Below, in pieces: positions 26,987-32,000 of a stretch of 32,000 nt of DNA. Each line of letters begins with the position of its first letter. The stretch's first letter is position 1. The notes below the pieces were generated by a model, which was not told where the DNA came from, ran no database searches, and saw only the letters and a list, made by a program, of their open reading frames with translations. The DNA comes from Pyrodictium abyssi. GTDB taxonomy: Archaea; Thermoproteota; Thermoprotei_A; Sulfolobales; Pyrodictiaceae. Location: NCBI RefSeq assembly GCF_036323395.1, contig NZ_AP028907.1, positions 1,620,001-1,652,000 on the forward strand, in the 5' to 3' direction. The position numbers and the translations under genes are program-made.

Positions 26987-27157
26987 TTCCAGCCGGGCTG
27001 GCGGCCGAAGGGGGCTGGAGCCGGAAAACCCGAGGGGTCCTGGCCGGCCCCGTGGCTTCTAGCCTAGCGGCCCCCGGGCTATAAGGCTTCAATGCAGCCC
27101 CATGGCTGTCTCTAGACGGGGTGGCCGAGGCTGCCTAGGCCCGAGGACCTCCTCCGG

Positions 27158-27802
27158 ATGGCTGGCGTGGGCAGGTTCCAGGTCATGGCGCTGCTGCAGG
27201 CTGCCCGCTACTACCGGCTGAAGGGCAACCTGGAGAAGGCGAAGAGCTGGGGGCTCAACCGCGCAGTGTTCTACGCATGGGCTAAGCACTATGGGCCCCG
27301 TGGCTGGCGGCGGGCGGCTCGGCTCGACGAGCTGCTGCGCCGCACCGGCTCCACGGAGGCCGGGGCGGGCAGGCGGTGCCCCGAGGGCATGGTCGAGGAG
27401 CTGGGCGAGTGCGTTGCAGTGGGGAGGAGGGGTTGGTACGCGATGGGCGGGGAGGAGCAGACGCCTAGGGACTTCGACCGCGAGGTCGCGGCCCGGGTCT
27501 CTAGGGTGGTTCCCTGGGAGAAGGCCTGGAAGGCTGCGCTAGAGTACGTCTCGCTGTTCCCCGAGTGGGTGCTCCGCGACCCTCAGAGGTTCTACCGGCT
27601 GGTCTACGAGCCGGTGAGGGACACGTTCTTCATCTCGCTGCTCCGGGGCGAGAAGCCACGGCCGCCAAGGAGTATACTTGAGCGGCTTGAGAGCCTCGAG
27701 AAGATGGCCAGCAAGGCCGGGAGACAGGTAGGCCTAGACGCGTTCATCAAGAGGGAGGCCTCTCAGAGAGAGCAGAGCAGCGGGGACAGCGGAGACAGCT
27801 AA
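27158..27802 (+). CDS. hypothetical helical protein
   Basis: Intact 214 aa ORF: ALLQAARYYRLKGNLEKAKSWGLNRAVFYAWAKHYGPRGWRR..., low-complexity acidic/serine tail. Confidence 0.6.
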   Translation: MAGVGRFQVMALLQAARYYRLKGNLEKAKSWGLNRAVFYAWAKHYGPRGWRRAARLDELLRRTGSTEAGAGRRCPEGMVEELGECVAVGRRGWYAMGGEEQTPRDFDREVAARVSRVVPWEKAWKAALEYVSLFPEWVLRDPQRFYRLVYEPVRDTFFISLLRGEKPRPPRSILERLESLEKMASKAGRQVGLDAFIKREASQREQSSGDSGDS

Positions 27803-27900
27803 GGCGTGTATATGCCCTAGCGGAGCCAGGGCCGCGGCATCCTGGGCGGCGCCTCTGGGCTAGCCCAAGGAAACCCGGCAGCGGGCTACGGGGCAGCAGG

Positions 27901-27984
27901 GGTAACACCCACTGAGCCACCAGGCGGGGAATGCTGCGCGTAATCGCCGCCTGGCACTCCGAGCCCCCGGAGGGGCGTGTTACC
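27901..27984. repeat. nested inverted repeats compatible with a three-way-junction RNA
   Basis: ggtaacac 27901-27908 / gtgttacc 27977-27984; ccaggcgg 27920-27927 / ccgcctgg 27947-27954; gcccc 27963-27967 / ggggc 27972-27976. Confidence 0.4.
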
Positions 27985-28088
27985 GGGGTGTTAGCGGCCC
28001 AGAGGCCTTCTCGGCTCCCGGCGAGACAATAGTCTACAACGGGTAGAGTACCGGGGGCAAACCCCTCTTAGAATAACTCGTCCGGGAG

Positions 28089-28553
28089 GTGTCAATAGGG
28101 GTGGCGGCTGAGGCACTCATACTGGGTGTAGAGAGGGGCGGCAACGCCCATGCGCTGATAGAGCCGGAGCCCGGCGCCGTCGAGAGGCCCCGCAGGGAGC
28201 TAGAGGAGATACGCGGCAGGGTGGAGCACGTGGAGGAGAGCCTAGCCGAGCTGGGCGCCGCAGTGAAGAGTATCCAGAGCCAGGTGGAGGGCTACGCTGC
28301 CGCCCTCAGCCTCTACGAGCAGCGCGTCTCCAGGCTAGAGGCATTCCACAAAGCAGCGTCCATGATAGGCGGCTGGAAGGCCCAGACCTGCCTCCACAGC
28401 AGCAACGGCGTCTGCACCCTGTGGAGGCTCAGTAGGGAGGCAGCAGAGCAGCTCCACGGCCTCGTAGCCGAGGACGGCGCCGGGGTATACAGGGTGAGGG
28501 TCGCCAAAGCGCCCTGGTTCTGCGGCCTCTGCCCGCTGTACCAGCGCGCCTAG
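28089..28553 (+). CDS. coiled-coil protein with a C-terminal four-cysteine segment
   Basis: Heptad-rich RRELEEIRGRVEHVEESLAELGAAVKSIQSQVEGYAAALSLYEQRVSRLEAFHKA, then TCLHSSNGVCTLWR...WFCGLCPLYQR. GTG 28101 with SD gggaggtg (28084-28091) is a likely alternative start. Confidence 0.6.
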   Translation: MSIGVAAEALILGVERGGNAHALIEPEPGAVERPRRELEEIRGRVEHVEESLAELGAAVKSIQSQVEGYAAALSLYEQRVSRLEAFHKAASMIGGWKAQTCLHSSNGVCTLWRLSREAAEQLHGLVAEDGAGVYRVRVAKAPWFCGLCPLYQRA

Positions 28554-28806
28554 CCCCTCGGGGCAGACGGCGTCCATTCCATCCACGGCGTTGCCGTGGA
28601 GAGGGATAGGCGGTACCCTGCGCACGTGGATTGCACGGAGCATGCCCGCTCTAGCCGTGGCTGCTAGGGAGTCACCGGGCCCGCAGCCAAGAGGTTCAAG
28701 GAGTCCGCGACGATACCCGCCGCGCCGGGAGCGCCGCGGCGGCAATGAGGATGCGTTCTTCTACGGGCGCGGCGAGAAAGCCCTGGGGGGTAGCAGCCAA
28801 GGGGCC

Positions 28807-29763
28807 CTAGCCGGGCAGTATCCTTGTGCCCCTCTCCCCCTCTGCTACGAGGGCGGCGTCCTCTAGCCGGCCTATAGCAGCGTAGCAGTCCATGCAGCCG
28901 GCTCTGGCGCGGGCCTCCACGAACTCTACAGCTGCCTCCACCTTTGGGCCCATACTGCCCGGCGGGAACTCGCCCTCCTCGAGGAGGCGCCGGGCCTCGC
29001 TGGCTGTCAGCCTCTCTAGGGGCTTTTGGCCCGGCCTGCCGTAGTTCCTGTAGACGTAGGGCACGTCGGTGAGTATGAGGAGCGCCTGGGCCCCGAGAGC
29101 CTGGGCTAGGAGGCTAGAGGCATAGTCCTTGTCCACGACGGCCTCTACGCCGTGGAGCCATGCTCTGCTCCGGACCACGGGCACGCCGCCGCCCCCTGCA
29201 GCTATCACAACGTAGCCCGCCTCGAGCAGCGTCCTGACAGCCTCGAGCTCTACTACGCTGGCTGGCCGGGGGCTCGGGACTACGCGGCGGTAGCCGCCCC
29301 GAGGGTCCGGGCGGAACACCCAGCCCGTCTCCCTGGCGAGGCGCTCAGCCTCGTCGCGTGCGTAGTAGGGGCCTATGGGCTTGCTCGGCTCCCGGAACGC
29401 GGGGTCGCTGCGGCTTACGAGCACCTGGGTCACGAGCGCCGCCACCCGGCGGGGCCTCCCACGCTCCTCCAGAGCGTTCCCTATGGCCTGCTGGAGCATG
29501 TAGCCGAGCCATCCCTGCGTCATAGCCACGGCCACGTCCATGGAGAGTGGCTCTCCAGGGCTGCGTGAGGCCCTGTACATCCACTCCAGGAGCGCACCCA
29601 CCTGCGGCCCGTTGCCATGCGTCACTACCACCCTGTAGCCCTTCTCGACGAGCCCTGCGACAGCCTCAGCGGCTATCCTTACGCTGCGCCACTGGCTACT
29701 AAGCCCCTCACCCTTCCTCGCGAAGGCGTTACCCCCGAGTGCGACCACGAGAAGCCTGTCCAT
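28807..29763 (-). CDS. arcC: carbamate kinase
   Basis: LLVVALGGNAFARKGE, VVVTHGNGPQVGALLEWM, VIAAGGGGVPVV, VDKDYASSLLAQALGAQALLILTDVPYVY, GSMGPKVEAAVEFVE. Start taken as ATG 29763 rather than the upstream ORF start at 29949. Confidence 0.92.
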   Translation of the reverse strand: MDRLLVVALGGNAFARKGEGLSSQWRSVRIAAEAVAGLVEKGYRVVVTHGNGPQVGALLEWMYRASRSPGEPLSMDVAVAMTQGWLGYMLQQAIGNALEERGRPRRVAALVTQVLVSRSDPAFREPSKPIGPYYARDEAERLARETGWVFRPDPRGGYRRVVPSPRPASVVELEAVRTLLEAGYVVIAAGGGGVPVVRSRAWLHGVEAVVDKDYASSLLAQALGAQALLILTDVPYVYRNYGRPGQKPLERLTASEARRLLEEGEFPPGSMGPKVEAAVEFVEARARAGCMDCYAAIGRLEDAALVAEGERGTRILPG

Positions 29764-30324
29764 AGCCGTGTGACACCTTACTGTAACACGTTGCGGCCAC
29801 AGTATAGCTCCGATGGCACAGCGACTTGTACCATTATGCCGCCAGGGAAGCAGCCAGCAGAGAAGGGAGGGTTTAAGGGGGAGGCGGATAACCAAGCTGT
29901 ACAGACGATAGAGCACCCCCAACACTATGCAGCTACTGCAAGCATGCATCCCACGTCAGGATGGTATCCACGGTAGGCGTAGTGGGCCCGAAGGGGCGGA
30001 ACGCGCTGCACACGCATGTACACCATGCACTCCAGCACACCTTCCAACGACTAGTGTATGATGCCCCGGGGATAGGGTGGTAGCAGGTCATGAGGTGGCC
30101 GCTTGACGAGCTCAGTATGAAGATACTCCTACACCTATTACACGTTACATGCGTGAAAGCAATGCGACAAACTAGTATGTAAGATTAAACATTACATAAA
30201 ACATACCATAAGATTAAAATACTATGGATAGTTTTTACAGGCCTACGTTTCGGGCCAGGGACTATTATTCCGGAAACTGTTTACTTGATGTATCTAGGGC
30301 TGAATATTGTTTCCCTATACCTCA

Positions 30325-31102
30325 CTAGTGGAGCATAGCGTGAATATTTGTGGCGATCATGTACACAGCTACGAGTACGAGTAGTGTGGAGAACGCGGCC
30401 CTCAGCGTCTTGGCCGGGACCCTTGTGGCTAGACTAGAGCCAACGACGCCTCCGATAGACCCGCCCAGGGTGAAGAGGGCTGTCACAAGCGGGTCTAGCG
30501 GCCTCCCCTGCGCGTAGTAGCTCACTAGCCCGGCGACACCGTTAACGAATATTATGGAGAGGGATGTTCCTATTGCCTCGCGCATCTCCAGGCCTGCACC
30601 ACACACGAGAGCCGGGACTATTAGGAACCCGCCACCAGCGCCAAAGAAGCCCGAGGCTACTCCAGTAATGAACCCAAGCAAGAGTATGCGGCCATAGTCT
30701 ATGCGCCTTCCTCGGCATGGCGCCCTGGAGCCGTATTGGCTCCGGGCTTGCTTCTTAGCAGCATTCTAGCCGCTATAGCTATCATGAGGAGGGCGAAGAG
30801 GAGCAAGAGTAGGGAGCCCTTGACGTAGCTATTGAGGTAGCTGCCTGGGTAGACGCCGATAAGCGAGGCGGCCGCCATTACGAGCCCTATCCTGTAGACA
30901 ACGTAGCCCTGGCGCATATACCGTACCGAGCTTATGAGGGAGACAGCGCCGACGGCCACAAGGGAGGCGCCGACAGCGTGATGCGGGCTCAGCCCGACAA
31001 TGTAGACGAGTAGTGGGACGCCGAGCGCCGAGCCGCCCCTCCTGTCAGCCCGAGCGAAAACCCTGCTACAAGCCCCGCCAGGAGAGCAAGGATGGTGTTC
31101 AA
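30325..31102 (-). pseudogene. TauE/SafE-family membrane permease split by two single-base shifts
   Basis: Three frames in order: LNTILALLAGLVAGFSLGLTGG; GSALGVPLLVYIVGLSPHHAVGASLVAVGAVSLISSVRYMRQG...; RRIDYGRILLLGFITGVASGFFGAGGGFLIVPALV.... Breaks are near 31036 and 30705-30740. Confidence 0.8.
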
Positions 31103-31249
31103 GCCCGTTTGTCCGCCTCCATGGCGGCCTAGCCTGCCGCCTCCCCGATAAACGCTCCCCGGCCGCTATGTTGGTGTCGCGTCATGCCCCGGAGGAGGGT
31201 CCGCAGCGCGGGCGGTACACCGTCGGGGCACGGCTCCCCGGCTGAACGG

Positions 31250-31762
31250 CTACCTGGAGTACGTCCCGGTCAACATAGCGTAGCCTATGACATGCCCCTT
31301 CATGCGCTCGAGGACCTCGTCCGCCCGGGCTCCCGGCTCCAGGCCGAGGGTCTCCACGTCGAGCGCGTGGAGCGCGAACACGTAGCGGTGTGGGCGGTCG
31401 CCGCGCGGCGGACAGGGGCCCCCGTAGCCGTACTTGCCGAAGTCGTTGAGGCCTTGGAGCCCGAGGCCCTCGACAACAGGGTCCCCGGGGACGCCCTCGG
31501 GGAGCGCGGCCAAGTCGCGGGGGATGTCGTATATGACCCAGTGGACGAAAGTGCCCCGCGGCGCATCCGGGTCATAGACGATGAGAGCGTAGCTTGCGGT
31601 GGAGGCGGGGGCTCCGCTCCACTCGAGGGCTGGTGATACGTCCTCGCCGTCGCAGGTATGGCGCTGCGGTATCCTTTCGCCGTCGTTGAACGCGGGCGAG
31701 ACTAGGGTGAACTGGGAGCCACTCCTCACGAGGTAGTCCCGGTGGCGGCGAAAGAGGATCAT
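31250..31762 (-). CDS. YbhB/YbcL family Raf kinase inhibitor-like (PEBP) protein
   Basis: LVSPAFNDGERIPQRHTCDGEDVSPALEWSGAPASTASYALIVYDPDAPRGTFVHWVIYDIP...YGGPCPPRGDRPHRYVFALHALD. Confidence 0.95.
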   Translation of the reverse strand: MILFRRHRDYLVRSGSQFTLVSPAFNDGERIPQRHTCDGEDVSPALEWSGAPASTASYALIVYDPDAPRGTFVHWVIYDIPRDLAALPEGVPGDPVVEGLGLQGLNDFGKYGYGGPCPPRGDRPHRYVFALHALDVETLGLEPGARADEVLERMKGHVIGYAMLTGTYSR

Positions 31763-31905
31763 AGAGCAGCTCCTCCCCTGCTAGCAGGGCAAGTGGCCTA
31801 GATAAAGCTCTATCGTGTAGAACCGGTATGCCGAGGCGGTGTATATCGCGCGGCTCCTAGCCCCGTTGGCCCGCCAGCGGCCCCGGCGGAGGGGCCTAGG
31901 GGCGC

Positions 31906-32000
31906 TTACATGATGTAGCCGGTTTCGGCTAGGCTTGCGGCGTCCTTCTCCTCCTGGGCCTCGAGGGTGAAGGCTGCCTGTCCACCGATGTAGAACCGGG
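31906..32000 (-). CDS. C-terminal fragment of a CDS truncated by the right window edge
   Basis: Minus frame open from the edge to TAA (31906-31908): ...RFYIGGQAAFTLEAQEEKDAASLAETGYIM*. Confidence 0.5.
   Translation of the reverse strand, partial: RFYIGGQAAFTLEAQEEKDAASLAETGYIM

Noticed and set aside
26817-27092. ORFs 26817-27092 (-) and 26884-27084 (+)
   Set aside because: They span the tRNA-Leu gene.
28335-28866. ORFs 28335-28745 (-) and 28591-28866 (+)
   Set aside because: Antisense to the 28089 gene or overlapping the arcC 3' region; Arg/Pro/Gly-rich with no motif.
29764-29949. Extended N-terminus of the carbamate kinase ORF
   Set aside because: The family N-terminus is MDRLLVVALGGNAF at 29763; the upstream part is not family-like.
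1-32000. CRISPR arrays, transposases, integrases, phage genes
   Set aside because: No regularly spaced repeats and no recognisable mobile-element proteins were seen on either strand.

Overview
This looks like a high-GC segment of a hyperthermophilic crenarchaeal chromosome. A Desulfurococcales/Pyrodictiaceae-like origin is inferred from gene content and style, not measured. Intact, recognisable modules: a MacB/LolD-type ABC ATPase plus a long FtsX-type permease (2068-5050); an ADP-ribosylglycohydrolase-fold protein with atypical metal-site motifs (8399-9337); a minus-strand envelope cluster with an ArsR-like regulator (12916->9383); an archaeal AAA ATPase (13847-14860); a divergent LysW-dependent lysine/arginine biosynthesis cluster (lysK-J-X-W on minus, lysY-Z on plus, 14952-20688); a sufC-sufB-sufD operon (24331->20918); tRNA-Leu(CAA) (26899-26986); carbamate kinase (28807-29763); and a PEBP/YbhB protein (31250-31762). 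No CRISPR array or recognisable transposase was seen. The most notable pattern is that about nine single-base reading-frame breaks fall in accessory-type genes: a UPF0175/PIN-domain toxin-antitoxin-like pair, a hypothetical at 6212-7004, an AAA ATPase at 7491-8374, a membrane-anchored surface protein at 25205-26798, and a TauE/SafE permease at 30325-31102. About 16.6 kb of core-type CDS shows none. Many breaks are at or near short C/G runs, so sequencing error and pseudogenisation must be told apart. Other leads are the degenerate ADP-ribosylglycohydrolase next to an ATPase, a truncated AlkA-N-like gene that marks a possible rearrangement breakpoint, and several nested intergenic inverted repeats.
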